Part shown: positions 19,231 through 29,994 of the stretch, one piece after another
Position numbering within the stretch: position 1 is the first letter of the stretch
Layout: each line of letters begins with the position of its first letter
Sequence record: NZ_CP118102.1
Origin: a plasmid
DNA: 64,000 bases
Direction: 5' to 3' (one strand)
Position numbers and translations under genes: made by a program
Notes under the pieces: generated by a model
What the model was told of the DNA's origin: nothing
Databases searched by the model: none
What the model saw: only the letters and a program-made list of their open reading frames with translations

Positions 19231-19995
19231 GTGATAGATGTGATCAAGTGTACTTCTGATATTTCTCTAACAGAGCTGAACTGCGAGTGTGAGGGGGCAA
19301 AAGACTGCCCAATATGTAACGAAAAAGGTTCTGTTACGGTTTTGGACTTTTCAGAAGCCTCTCTGTATTGGCATGAAATGCTCGAGAATTTCGTTTATCG
19401 CCTAGAAGCTGATTATCAGTATTCTAACTTTGTCACGGATATTTATCGCATCCAGGATAAGTTGTTTGTAACTTATTTAGGCGGGGAATTTAAAGAATCG
19501 CAATCTTTCTGGTTTGATATTCAATTTCTCAATACATTAGAGCTGAATCTGAATGATCCATTACAGCTTGAGACGGTTACTCTTGATGGAATTCATGATT
19601 GGTCCACTGAGGTTTACAACACCATTATGTCTGCCGATTACAAGGGAACACTTGCTGGATCTGGGATACTAGATTGTAACGAGAAAGAGGAGAAAAACAC
19701 AGAGATATATATAGATTTAAGTACTCAAGTCATAATTTCAGTAAAGATGTTTCAGGATCTTATTCAGGAGGTCACTCCTTATATGGGTCCTACTGCAGTT
19801 GAACGAGCTGCTGCAGACTTTCAACTTTGGACGAATACTCCCTATTCTGAATATGTTAGGCGTTCTGAAGCAGGAGAAGATGCTCATGAAATTCTTGGAG
19901 AAGATTTTGCTGGTTCAACCTTGTATTTCGAGACAGCTGTTATTGAGCCGTCACCGAATACAGATGAAAAAGAGTACTTAGTAATTAAGGAGTAA
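19231..19995 (+). CDS. hypothetical protein (254 aa), with an N-terminal CxC...CPxC cysteine cluster
   Basis: ORF with an N-terminal cysteine cluster. Confidence 0.4.
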   Translation: MIDVIKCTSDISLTELNCECEGAKDCPICNEKGSVTVLDFSEASLYWHEMLENFVYRLEADYQYSNFVTDIYRIQDKLFVTYLGGEFKESQSFWFDIQFLNTLELNLNDPLQLETVTLDGIHDWSTEVYNTIMSADYKGTLAGSGILDCNEKEEKNTEIYIDLSTQVIISVKMFQDLIQEVTPYMGPTAVERAAADFQLWTNTPYSEYVRRSEAGEDAHEILGEDFAGSTLYFETAVIEPSPNTDEKEYLVIKE

Positions 19996-20223
19996 AAGAA
20001 ATGACAAATAAAAGTAGGCTACTCCATACTCTCTAAACTCAGGTGTGAATGAAGGAACGGATTTATTTCCGTTATGCGGTTCATTGTAACCCCCTTCTGC
20101 GAGCTCCCTATTGGGATAAGTAGCACTTACGTTTCTCTAATCGAGGATCCGTAAGAGGACAGATAGAGTCCTGCCTATTTCCGAATCGATAAAACCGATT
20201 TCGGATAATAGGAGAGATGGAAG

Positions 20224-21051
20224 ATGGCACTGAAAAACAATGTTGTACAGACGGGTCTACGATACTTCGGAGGTAAGGCAAAACTTGCGCATTCAATTAT
20301 TCCTTACCTACCTGACCATCATTGCTGGGTTGATTTATTCGGCGGGGCTGCCAATATGACGATTGCCCGTGAGCCCAGTAAAGTTGAGGTGTTTAATGAT
20401 AAAGACGGAGATCTTATCAATTTTTATATGATGCTGCGGCAGCAAAAGGAGCAACTGATAGAAGACCTAGCCTCTTTGCCAACGAGCCGTTTTTTATATG
20501 AGACCTGGCTTCGTGAAGAAATGCCGGAGGACCCATATGAACGCGCTGTTCGATACTTCTATCTGCTCAGACAAAGCATCATTCCTATGCCTAATCAACC
20601 GAGCGGCTGGCGTGCTGGAAGAGTAAAGAACTGCGCTTCAGATTACCAGTCATCGATACTCAAGTTGGACTCTTTTGAGAAACGCTTCCGCAATGTCATG
20701 ATTGAATGCTTAGACTACCGAGAAATCATAAAACGTTATGATGGACCAGAGGTGTTCTTTTTTATTGATCCTCCTTATGTTGGCCGTGAGAATTGCTACA
20801 AAGGTGGTTTCCGGCAAGAGGATCATGTGGAACTAGCTGAGATGCTTAAGCATATAGAGGGGAAGTGCCTTGTTACCTATTATGGTGACCCGCTTGTGCT
20901 TGAGCTTTATAAAGATTGGAATTACGTGACCTTAGAAGCGAAGGTTGGTTCTGTTGTGAAAGCATCAGAAGGCCAAAAACGTAGGACAGAAACCGAGTAT
21001 CTGTTTATGAACTATTCACCTACTATGTCAGGACAGATTTCATTCTTCTAA
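20224..21051 (+). CDS. orphan N6-adenine DNA methyltransferase (D12 class, Dam-like)
   Basis: The N-terminus reads YFGGKAKL... and motif IV is FFFIDPPYVG. Confidence 0.8.
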   Translation: MALKNNVVQTGLRYFGGKAKLAHSIIPYLPDHHCWVDLFGGAANMTIAREPSKVEVFNDKDGDLINFYMMLRQQKEQLIEDLASLPTSRFLYETWLREEMPEDPYERAVRYFYLLRQSIIPMPNQPSGWRAGRVKNCASDYQSSILKLDSFEKRFRNVMIECLDYREIIKRYDGPEVFFFIDPPYVGRENCYKGGFRQEDHVELAEMLKHIEGKCLVTYYGDPLVLELYKDWNYVTLEAKVGSVVKASEGQKRRTETEYLFMNYSPTMSGQISFF

Positions 21052-21155
21052 TAAAGAGCAGCATTATAGCAGTATATTCTAAATGCTTTACACCCTCTGC
21101 ACAGGGAAACATTAATCCTCCCTGTGCAGAAGGGAGGAGCAGGAGGAATAACATA

Positions 21156-22772
21156 GTGGTATTTGCAATCAAACCTGAAGTTAAGACGGAACATACGGTA
21201 GCTCATCTATTTGGCGGAGCAGGCGGCGGCTCTCTTGGTTTCGCTCAGGCACGAGCAGAATATATGGGATACGTCGGACGTTTTCGAACACTCTGCAGCA
21301 TTGATGCTGACCCGGTTGTTTGTCAAAACTATGAGCTAATTACAGGTGGTAAGGCCGTATGTATGGATTTGTTTTCAAGAGAACAGTACATAGATTTTCA
21401 CGGAGATGAACCGCCGAATCATTGGCATGAGGCCACGCCTGGTGATCTATGGGACGCATTTGGTTGGGAAGTACCTGATGTAATTTTTACATCTCCTCCA
21501 TGCAAGGGTTTTTCGGGTCTGCTGCCTGAAAAATCAGCAAAAACAAAGAAGTACCAGGCTCTCAACATGCTAACAATCCGTGGTCTAGAAATAGCGCTTA
21601 AAGCTTGTCTCGAGTACGGTGGACATCTTCCAGCGCTCATCTTGCTTGAGAATGTGCCTCGCATTATGACCAGAGGAAAGCAGATTCTTGATCGAATCAA
21701 AAAGCTATTGCAGTCATTTGGCTATATTACCAGCGATAATACTCACGATTGTGGGGAGTTAGGTGGTCTGGCGGAACGGAGAAAGAGATATCTCTTAATC
21801 TCCAGACAAGAAAAGCGTGTGAAAAATTTTGTCTATCAGCCTCCACGCAGGCCATTAAAAACAATTGGAGATGTTATCAAAGATTTACCATTTCCAGGTG
21901 ATACAGTCGCAGCAGGACCGCTTCACCGGCTTCCTAAACTTGAGTGGAAGACATGGATGCGTCTTGCGCCGATTCCTGCCGGCGGAGATTGGAGAGATTT
22001 AAATAAGCTCGATTGGTGGAACTATCGAGTTCAACACGAGCCTAGACGAGGGGCTTGGGCAGTTGAAGATTGGAACAGTGTTTCTAGAACAATCACAGGA
22101 GGAGCTGGGCCTGGCAGGAGCAATGGAGCTTCAGCCGTATCTGATCCTCGAATGGGTTTAAACGAAGGAAGTACGCATCGTTCCATTTACCGTATGTCTC
22201 AATGGGATGAGGCTTCCCAAACGGTGACAGGCGCTGTAGGGCCGAATAATGGAGCTATTTGCGTAAATGATCCTCGTCTTAAAGAACGGAAGGGGAGACA
22301 CCCTGGGGTGTATCAAGTTGTTAGACATGATGAGCCTTCCCCATGTGTGACCGGAACCCGGTTCGGCAGCGGTGCCTTGGCTTTCTCTGACCCAAGGAAT
22401 GCTGCACCTTCCAATGTTCTAAACGGTACAGAGGATGGAACATTTCCTGCAGATCAGGATCGAGGCGTGTACCTCATCATTGCTGAAGACGGTACTTGGC
22501 ATCGTCCACTTACGACTTACGAATTAGCGATGTTGCAATCTTTCCCTGCTCATTTGCCTAATGGTATGCCTTTCCAGCTTGTTGGCTGCAGTGATGCAAA
22601 GGCTCGGGAGTATATAGGAAATGCGGTACCTCCGGAAGCAGCTAAAGCAATGGGGACAACCTTCCTTGTTGCTTTGATGGCGGCTTCTGTAGATGCCGGC
22701 TTTACGCTGAGCTATGAGGCTGTTTGGGTTCGTAATGAATCAGAACAGCAGTCAGAAGCAATCTTACATTAA
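21156..22772 (+). CDS. orphan DNA cytosine-5 methyltransferase
   Basis: Motif I LFGGAGGGSLGF, motif IV TSPPCKGFSG, motif VI LLENVPRI. 538 aa. Confidence 0.85.
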   Translation: MVFAIKPEVKTEHTVAHLFGGAGGGSLGFAQARAEYMGYVGRFRTLCSIDADPVVCQNYELITGGKAVCMDLFSREQYIDFHGDEPPNHWHEATPGDLWDAFGWEVPDVIFTSPPCKGFSGLLPEKSAKTKKYQALNMLTIRGLEIALKACLEYGGHLPALILLENVPRIMTRGKQILDRIKKLLQSFGYITSDNTHDCGELGGLAERRKRYLLISRQEKRVKNFVYQPPRRPLKTIGDVIKDLPFPGDTVAAGPLHRLPKLEWKTWMRLAPIPAGGDWRDLNKLDWWNYRVQHEPRRGAWAVEDWNSVSRTITGGAGPGRSNGASAVSDPRMGLNEGSTHRSIYRMSQWDEASQTVTGAVGPNNGAICVNDPRLKERKGRHPGVYQVVRHDEPSPCVTGTRFGSGALAFSDPRNAAPSNVLNGTEDGTFPADQDRGVYLIIAEDGTWHRPLTTYELAMLQSFPAHLPNGMPFQLVGCSDAKAREYIGNAVPPEAAKAMGTTFLVALMAASVDAGFTLSYEAVWVRNESEQQSEAILH

Positions 22773-22805
22773 AGAAATCTGTACTTGAGTTTATATAAAT
22801 AGCAG

Positions 22806-22834
22806 GAGCTGCCAAAAAGGCAGCTTTTTTGCTC
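22806..22834 (+). terminator. rho-independent terminator
   Basis: Hairpin AGCTGCCaaaaagGCAGCT followed by TTTTTT. Confidence 0.65.
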
Positions 22835-22964
22835 TATAAAGAAACTCTCCTATCAGATGCTTCAATAGAAAGTCAAAATATGAAGGTGTCTATCTTCCGA
22901 GATAGTTTCCTTTCAAGATATGTTAAGTATAATGTTTAATATACATAGATGATGGAGGCTTTTC

Positions 22965-23678
22965 ATGAAATTTCTTATAAGACTAGGGATATGGGTTTTG
23001 TTTTATTCCTTTTGGAATAATAGACTTTTTTTATGGGCTCGAAAACATAAATGGTTTAAGGAGGATCATGGCACCTTCGATAAGTTGGCTGTTTTATTAA
23101 CAATGTTTGGCGTTGGTTTTGCTGTTTATCAATACATCTTCTCAGTGAAACCGATCTTTGATAAAGAAAATGAATTAGCAACTGCAAAGGTAGAAATTAA
23201 CGAGCTATCAAACGAAATTAAAGAAAAGAATTCTGAAGCACTCAGACTCCAAAATGATATAAAAAACAGCACGACGCTTTCTGAGGAATTAAAAAGTGAC
23301 GTAACTAACCTTCAGAAGGAAAAAGAACAGTTATCTGCTCAAGTGGAACGGTCCAAACTAGAGATAAGTGAGTTACAGAGCAATATAGCAGATACCCGTG
23401 ATAATGCATTAGAAGCTTACTTATATAAACATGTGAGCGAAATTATGAATGATTTATTGTTAGAGAATCTATATGACAAAAATACTTTATCAAAAAGTCA
23501 TTCATTGCTTTATGTAGAAGAAGCACTCGATAAGGCTTCTATTGAAAATGTGGAGAAGGAGGCATTAAATATAATTAAAGAATATGCGGAAACCACTATG
23601 CCAGAGGATTCATACGAAACAACAGATATTTACGGAGCCCTAATTTACTATGCTGAAAAAAATACGAATATGCCTTAG
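22965..23678 (+). CDS. membrane-anchored coiled-coil protein
   Basis: Two N-terminal hydrophobic segments, then a heptad-rich region (ELSNEIKEKNSEALRLQNDIKN...). Confidence 0.4.
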   Translation: MKFLIRLGIWVLFYSFWNNRLFLWARKHKWFKEDHGTFDKLAVLLTMFGVGFAVYQYIFSVKPIFDKENELATAKVEINELSNEIKEKNSEALRLQNDIKNSTTLSEELKSDVTNLQKEKEQLSAQVERSKLEISELQSNIADTRDNALEAYLYKHVSEIMNDLLLENLYDKNTLSKSHSLLYVEEALDKASIENVEKEALNIIKEYAETTMPEDSYETTDIYGALIYYAEKNTNMP

Positions 23679-23736
23679 TATCATACGGTCGAGTGTTTCT
23701 TGTACTCAGCACATGGGACTTTGGTCAAAGGAACAA

Positions 23737-23900
23737 TTACGAGCCTTCATTAAAGAGAATAATGAGGTCACGGCCAAAATGACGCCAAACACCCGCAACA
23801 GCAAAAGCAAAAAGATAGTCGTCAGTGAGTATGGCGAGCAAGAGATTACCATGCCTAGGGATCGGATGAGCGAATTCGAGCCCATTGTCGTGCAGAACTG
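23737..23900 (+). pseudogene. IS256-family transposase remnant (internal fragment only)
   Basis: TPNTRNSKSKKIVVSEYGEQEITMPRDRMSEFEPIVV matches the conserved IS256 Tnp region (...SYGEIELDIPRDRNGEFEPQVV). The flanking sequence is unrelated, and the ORF is only 133 aa. Confidence 0.6.
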
Positions 23901-24054
23901 GGCCAGATGCTACTCCAACTGTCTGTCTTTTTTCCAGAACGGGTGGGCAATCATTTACGTTAAGTCGCCAAATCCCCCTCGGGGGATTTCCTTGTCATTC
24001 TTGACAGACCCATACTTTAAACTATCTGCATACCCAATAAAACATATTTAAAAA

Positions 24055-24097
24055 ATAGAAAGAAGCAGCCAGTTACGACAGCTTCTTTCTATTTTTA
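24055..24097. terminator. bidirectional rho-independent terminator
   Basis: Hairpin AGAAAGAAGCagccagttacgacaGCTTCTTTCT, flanked by A-run and T-run. Confidence 0.7.
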
Positions 24098-24098
24098 G

Positions 24099-24347
24099 CT
24101 ACTGCTTAATATTTTTTAACTGCTTTTGTAAATCAAAATCCTCTGGCTTAGGAAGGTAAGCCCACTTCTCTCCATTTTGAATCCATTCTTTTAGATAACC
24201 CTCGTAGGTATATCCTTGATCATCATCGTGAAAACCAAACTCAAATCCACAACATGGGCAAACGATAAATGTTTTATATCCATATTCATCGATAGGGGGT
24301 TCTTCCAATTCGTTGTATCCACATACAAGACAAATAAAAGTTTTCAT
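24099..24347 (-). CDS. small CxxC...CxxC zinc-ribbon protein; putative immunity protein for the upstream Rhs toxin
   Basis: 82 aa, with Cys pairs CLVCG and CPCCG. It lies immediately downstream of the Rhs1 stop on the same strand. Confidence 0.45.
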   Translation of the reverse strand: MKTFICLVCGYNELEEPPIDEYGYKTFIVCPCCGFEFGFHDDDQGYTYEGYLKEWIQNGEKWAYLPKPEDFDLQKQLKNIKQ

Positions 24348-24365
24348 ATTAATCTCCTGATTTTA

Positions 24366-27300
24366 TTATTGATTTCTCCAATACTTCATCCCAGCTTTAG
24401 GTTTGTAATATGTTCTTATGTGACCTTTTCTATCTAATACTCCGAATTCATTTGTTTTTGGATTGTAATAGAGTCGATCTCCATTTGCTCTTGATTTCTT
24501 TAATACGTTCCGGCCATTTTTTGCTTTGAAGAATTTGTTAGCTTTTGTTGAGTATGCCCCTAAACTAAGTTTTTTAGCACCAAATTCATTCAAGTGGTGT
24601 TTATGAGCATTAGCAAATTTCATATTTCTAAAATTATAGTTCTTAGATTTAGATTTAGAAACTCTTCGAGCTGTGTAAGTAGCCTGTTTCGCTAATTTTT
24701 TTGGAGCTTGTTTCTTTAAATAATACTTCACTCCAATTTTAACTAATATAAATGTTACTTGAATTATAGAAAAGGGATTATCGCCATCATGGTCAACCAA
24801 ATTCACTGGATTATTATCACTATATGAATATTTATTCTGGTTAATTGGTGAAGCACTATCTCCAGAATGTGAATCCATAGTTAGGAACACAGCTAGATCT
24901 GGATCATAATATCTCGCTGATAACAGATATAAACCAGTTTCATCATCATAGCGATATCCTGCGTAACGATAAGGGTTAACATCAGCAAGTTCACCACTTT
25001 GGGATATTATATTTCCCCAAGCATCGTAATCATAAGAAGCAACTATGTTTCCTGAATTATCAGTTAAACTGACTACGTCCCCGTGACCATTTAAGTGATA
25101 GTAATATGTTTGTCCTTCAAATATAAATGCAACTGGTACGTCACTTTCATCCCATATATATTCAATTACTATATTCCCGGATTCATCAGTTTCGTAGATA
25201 ACTTTATCATCTTGGTAGAAATAGTTGCGTTTTTTATTTTTCGTCTCAGTACTGATACGTTTTCCATTATTATCATATCTAGCACTAAATATAGTAACAT
25301 TATCAGTGTCCTTAATTTCCGTTAACTGATCAAAAACGTTATAAACATATACGTTTTGATTATCTTTAACTAAGTTACCATTCCGATCATACTCAAAAGC
25401 GGTACCATTAAATGTACTAATTTGATTAACTTTATTAAAAGTTAACTCATTGGTGGTAACATCGGAACCCTTTGTTACTTTTTTAGTATCTCGATTACCC
25501 GTGAAATCATACGAATACTCAATTTTAGTACCATCAGTCAACGTTTCTGAAATCAACTGACTAAGGTTGTTATACTCGTATTCAACAGTTCCAGTGGAAG
25601 CAGTTACTGACTTAATCAGATTATTTTGGTCATAGGTATAATTGTATTCGTTGATGGCTGTTCCATCAGAACGATAATTTGCATAACCAGTTAAATTTTT
25701 AGCTTTATCATATTCAGTTTTTGTTGTTGCCCCATTACCTAGAGTAATATTTTTGAGGTCATCAGCGGTGTCATAACCATAGCTAATAATTTTAGTATTA
25801 TTGAAATACAGATCTGTGAGTCTATCAAACTCATCGTAATTATAGTTAATTACGGAGTCAATAGCATTAACAGAGTACGTTAGAGACTTAACTTCCCCAT
25901 TTTCAAAATATAGATATTTTTTTGAACTTCCTCTATCTATTTCTGAATCAATAGAACCACTATCCGTGTACTTAATAACTTTTTCGTCATCGTTAATGGT
26001 TTCCAAATTTCCATTCGGATCATATGTGTATGAGTAGAGAACATTGTCATTTTCTTTGGTGGCAACCAATTGATTCAATTCGTTATAAACATAGGTAAAA
26101 ATCCTGCCATTCGGAGTCTTAGTTTCAATAAGATTACCATTAGAATCATATTTATTATTTGTAGTGTTGCCCAAGGCATCTGTAGACGATAAGATCTGCC
26201 CAGTTCCATTGTAAGTATTTACCTCAACACTACCATTTGGATATGTTGTTCTTAAAAGGTTACGATTATTATCGTAGTCATACGTAGTAACCTGTTTGTT
26301 TGCATCAGTAACTTTTACAAGTTCATTTTGTTGATTATATTCATAATAACTCGTATTTCCCTTACCATCAGTTTTGCTTAATTCATTCCCTTGTTTATCT
26401 GTTACCGATATTGTAATATTTCCATTCCCATCGGTTGTAGTTAATACTTCATTCCCAACTGCATTGTAAGAGTATGAATCCATAGATCCATCGGGTTTAT
26501 CAACAGTTTTTAAGTTTCCATATTGATCATAGGTATGCTTTGTTACCTGACCTTTTGAATCAGTAATGGTATCAACTTTACCCTTATCATTATAAGCATA
26601 GGTTATAACATTCCCACTTGGATCTGTTTCTGTAGAAACAAAATTTAAAGAATTATACGTGTATTTTGTTGTTCGATTTTCTTCATCAGTCTTCTCAAGA
26701 ACATTACCGTATGAATCATATTTTTGAATATATTTCTTGCCGGTAGAATCAATAAATATCTCTGGATTATAGTTTGTATCATATTCAACCTGTTCTTCTG
26801 TTCCGTCTGCATAAACAATTGATGTAGGGGTATAATTGCTATCCATGTGATACTCAGTTACATTACCTAGAGCATCCGCAACATAAGAGGTTCTTCCAGC
26901 AAATTGATAGCTTTTTCCCGGTCGTTCTAAACCATCTACACCAGAAACGTCTGTCGATGGCTCCTGAACTTTAGCAACATATTCATTCTCATAAGTAAAG
27001 TCTGTCCTGCGGTTATTAGGATCAATAACTGTAGTAAGGTAACCTTCTGGGCTGTAACCATATTTTGTTCGGTTATAAGTTCCGTCAGTAGAATACTGAT
27101 CCACCGAAACAAGTCTTTTATTAATATCGTAATTGTAATCTGTTTTTTGTCCTTCTAACATCGCATAGTCAACTAAACCACTCGTTGTATAAGTGAATAC
27201 TAGTTCTCTACCCGTAGCATCGACTATACCAGTTAACTTTCCATCTGTTGAATATTTGTATTCAAGTTTATTTCCATATAGATCCTGTTCATAGCTTATT

Positions 27301-29237
27301 CTTGCAGTCACTACACTAAGTTCGTTATCTATATTTACAGTATCAAAATGAGTAATATATCCATTTTTATCAGTAATGGTATATCCTGTTGTTCCTTTGT
27401 TTTGATCCGTTACTTTTGTTAACGTTAGGTATTTACCTGGTGGAGAAATATACTTCTTTGTAGATTGGTCATATTTGAAATAATGAGATGTTCCATCAGG
27501 TTCTGTATAAAGAACATTCCCTGTTTTATAAGCATCATAGATGCTTTCGTACCCGTTATAAACCCATCCATATCCAAAAGGTGTTAATTCTACTGATTTA
27601 GAATTATATGTTCTACCAAATACTAGAGCAGTATCCCCCCGTGAATCTAGATTATAATCTGTATACTGAATAACGTTATTACCAGTGCCCAAGTTGACGT
27701 TGCTAGTTCCTTCTCCCAAACTAATGCCATCAAAAGTCCAATAATCTTCCAATCCTAGACGACTTGCTGAAGTGTAGGTCACACTAAGAAGAGGAGTATT
27801 TTTTGTGTTAGCGGTATCATCACCGGAAATAAATTTTTTATAGGTATTTGTGGTTTCAGATGAACTTTTGAGTAAAAAACCTAAATTCGAATCGGGATTA
27901 TTAATCCACTTTTCCATCATGTACGGTGTGAGAGACCACTTATAATTGACATCCAAAGATGTAAGAGTATCTACATATGCAGTAGAAACTTGGGAGGCAT
28001 TAAAATCTCCGCCTTGAGAATTCCACTGTGTCCCGGCATCAGAGTACATCCATGAAGCTGAATATTCTGTCCATGGTGTGCTTATTGAATGCAAGGTTAC
28101 ATTCATACCAGTGTCATTAGATACTGAAGCCAACCATAAATTTAAATCAGCTGTTAAAACATTTGCTCCTTGAGGAATTGAACTAGTATCAAATCTAATT
28201 AATGAACGAATAATATTATCTTGGGTAGCGTCTTTGTATAAACCTACCCCTAAGGTTGTTTCTGTTGGTGCTGTCTGTTTTGGGAATGCACTTCGAATGT
28301 TTGTATCAGAAAGTGCATATTGGGGCTGATATTTAACTATTGTAGGATCTAAAGTTACTGGATAGACCCTCTTGTCACTGAGCAACCATTCCTGATTGGG
28401 GATCAGGTCTATATACAACTGATTATTTTCAGATCTCAAATCGTACTTAATATCATATGATATAGCTTCTTCTGGTATAGTAGATATTTCTTCGTTCTCT
28501 TTGTATCCATTAGGTTTAAACGAATCATACATAATAGGTGCTTCAATATAATACTTTATATCACCTGACTCTTTATCTAATAAAAGGATTGAGCCATTCT
28601 CTCGTTGCTTGTATGTTAAATTACCTAAATCTAATGAGAAGGTATAGATAACCGGTGTTTCCAGGTTAGCAGGTTTATCTTTTAAAATTATCTCCTCTTT
28701 AATACGATCGTTACCCAAGGAATATTTTAGATCCGCATTCTCAAAAACTTCTGGATAGATTACAGTATTGTTGGAAACTTCCGCATCTATGGCAGTTTCT
28801 ATTTCGGAGTAAGTAGTATTAGTAACCAATTCCTCCTTCATTGGAGTTAAATTTATCTCATAGTTATTTTCTGAAATTTCAAGTAGGTTGTCTTCGGAAG
28901 TGTGTTGTTTATCTAGCTTTACATGAAAAGAGTGGGCGTTATTGTAAATAGATGTATTATTCTCTTTAAGAGTTGGTTTCCATTTCTCTATGTTTTCATC
29001 AAAGTAATGGATCGGTGTTGGAGAGATATCCGTTGTTAATGTACCATTGCTGTTTAGGTATGTTTTTGAATATTCACTTCGTTTTCCTATTAATTCCTGC
29101 CTTTCATTTTTGATATTTACGACATCAGATGTCTTGTTATCTTTAACTTCTGCTATCGCTTTTGGATTAATTGCTGTTGAGGTCAATAATGAACCTGCCA
29201 TTACAAGAATAATGGACTTTTGAAATAACCTATTCAT
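24366..29237 (-). CDS. WapA/Rhs-family YD-repeat polymorphic toxin (1623 aa). It has a signal peptide, a DNRLRE-like N-terminal domain, YD repeats, an Rhs core ending DHDGDNP, and a lysine-rich C-terminal toxin of unknown type.
   Basis: Signal MNRLFQKSIILVMAGSLLTSTAINPKAIA. The GNDRIKEEIILKDKP motif is a DNRLRE variant. Many YD repeats (YDxxGN...). Core motifs YYYHLNGHGDV, DYDAWGN, and PxxLVDHDGDNP replacing the usual DPxGL. The last ~140 aa are basic, with ANAHKHHL. Confidence 0.85.
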   Translation of the reverse strand: MNRLFQKSIILVMAGSLLTSTAINPKAIAEVKDNKTSDVVNIKNERQELIGKRSEYSKTYLNSNGTLTTDISPTPIHYFDENIEKWKPTLKENNTSIYNNAHSFHVKLDKQHTSEDNLLEISENNYEINLTPMKEELVTNTTYSEIETAIDAEVSNNTVIYPEVFENADLKYSLGNDRIKEEIILKDKPANLETPVIYTFSLDLGNLTYKQRENGSILLLDKESGDIKYYIEAPIMYDSFKPNGYKENEEISTIPEEAISYDIKYDLRSENNQLYIDLIPNQEWLLSDKRVYPVTLDPTIVKYQPQYALSDTNIRSAFPKQTAPTETTLGVGLYKDATQDNIIRSLIRFDTSSIPQGANVLTADLNLWLASVSNDTGMNVTLHSISTPWTEYSASWMYSDAGTQWNSQGGDFNASQVSTAYVDTLTSLDVNYKWSLTPYMMEKWINNPDSNLGFLLKSSSETTNTYKKFISGDDTANTKNTPLLSVTYTSASRLGLEDYWTFDGISLGEGTSNVNLGTGNNVIQYTDYNLDSRGDTALVFGRTYNSKSVELTPFGYGWVYNGYESIYDAYKTGNVLYTEPDGTSHYFKYDQSTKKYISPPGKYLTLTKVTDQNKGTTGYTITDKNGYITHFDTVNIDNELSVVTARISYEQDLYGNKLEYKYSTDGKLTGIVDATGRELVFTYTTSGLVDYAMLEGQKTDYNYDINKRLVSVDQYSTDGTYNRTKYGYSPEGYLTTVIDPNNRRTDFTYENEYVAKVQEPSTDVSGVDGLERPGKSYQFAGRTSYVADALGNVTEYHMDSNYTPTSIVYADGTEEQVEYDTNYNPEIFIDSTGKKYIQKYDSYGNVLEKTDEENRTTKYTYNSLNFVSTETDPSGNVITYAYNDKGKVDTITDSKGQVTKHTYDQYGNLKTVDKPDGSMDSYSYNAVGNEVLTTTDGNGNITISVTDKQGNELSKTDGKGNTSYYEYNQQNELVKVTDANKQVTTYDYDNNRNLLRTTYPNGSVEVNTYNGTGQILSSTDALGNTTNNKYDSNGNLIETKTPNGRIFTYVYNELNQLVATKENDNVLYSYTYDPNGNLETINDDEKVIKYTDSGSIDSEIDRGSSKKYLYFENGEVKSLTYSVNAIDSVINYNYDEFDRLTDLYFNNTKIISYGYDTADDLKNITLGNGATTKTEYDKAKNLTGYANYRSDGTAINEYNYTYDQNNLIKSVTASTGTVEYEYNNLSQLISETLTDGTKIEYSYDFTGNRDTKKVTKGSDVTTNELTFNKVNQISTFNGTAFEYDRNGNLVKDNQNVYVYNVFDQLTEIKDTDNVTIFSARYDNNGKRISTETKNKKRNYFYQDDKVIYETDESGNIVIEYIWDESDVPVAFIFEGQTYYYHLNGHGDVVSLTDNSGNIVASYDYDAWGNIISQSGELADVNPYRYAGYRYDDETGLYLLSARYYDPDLAVFLTMDSHSGDSASPINQNKYSYSDNNPVNLVDHDGDNPFSIIQVTFILVKIGVKYYLKKQAPKKLAKQATYTARRVSKSKSKNYNFRNMKFANAHKHHLNEFGAKKLSLGAYSTKANKFFKAKNGRNVLKKSRANGDRLYYNPKTNEFGVLDRKGHIRTYYKPKAGMKYWRNQ

Positions 29238-29706
29238 TTTTCATCTCCTAATTAAAATTATCTCTTCTTCAGAAATATACCAATGAAAGTTATAACTATC
29301 TGAGAAGAAATTGGTAAGCAAAAATCATTATTACAAAAACAAATTTCGATAGCAATGAACAAAAAATACCAAGTGGAAGCTTAACAAAAATCAACCGAAT
29401 TACCACCGCTATTATCTTGCTATTCAAATAGTAATGCACCAATTGCATAGTGTAGGTCATCGTGAGAAACCCAGTAAATATATCCCAAATTATGAAGAGT
29501 CGTGTTTACAACACTTTTGTCCCACTTTATAATAATGTTATTAAGATTTTTGTATTTTTCTTTGCCGCTAATTTTCGGTAAAGACGGTGAACGCTTCTTT
29601 TAAGCTAATAAATATTGGATTGAAATAGGAAGGCTATAAAGCATACGCACTATACGTATGTCTTTGTACGCCTTCTTTTTTTATGTCCAAATAGGAGGAG
29701 ATAGAG

Positions 29707-29994
29707 ATGAGCAATTTGCAAACCGTCATTGAAGACGACGGAATGAAGATGCTTAGAGTATACAGAGCTGGGCAATTGATACTCTGTTTACCTGAAGTAA
29801 ATCGAATTGCGACATTAGAAAATCAGATTAATACGGAAACTTTCGATACGATCGAGGAAGTAGTGGCGTTTATCGGAAGTAGAGAGCAGTGTTGTAGCAG
29901 ATCTTACTCACTGCATCTGATCTTGAGAGCATATGAGTTCGTTAACGAACACTACATCAAGCTTTATTACTACATTCATTCTTCGGGATGTTAG
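29707..29994 (+). CDS. hypothetical small protein (95 aa)
   Basis: GGAGGAG RBS. Overlaps the start of the next gene. Confidence 0.35.
   Translation: MSNLQTVIEDDGMKMLRVYRAGQLILCLPEVNRIATLENQINTETFDTIEEVVAFIGSREQCCSRSYSLHLILRAYEFVNEHYIKLYYYIHSSGC

Noticed and set aside
24055-24097. Possible small RNA between the IS256 remnant and the immunity gene
   Set aside because: - A simple strong hairpin flanked by A-run and T-run, explained as a bidirectional terminator.
25095-25325. Small plus-strand ORF inside Rhs1, and similar short ORFs inside Rhs2, the PP-loop gene, tnpA and tnpR (for example 30418-31206, 34866-35128, 61115-62186)
   Set aside because: - They are embedded in or antisense to large conserved genes.
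- Low complexity, and no translation signals.
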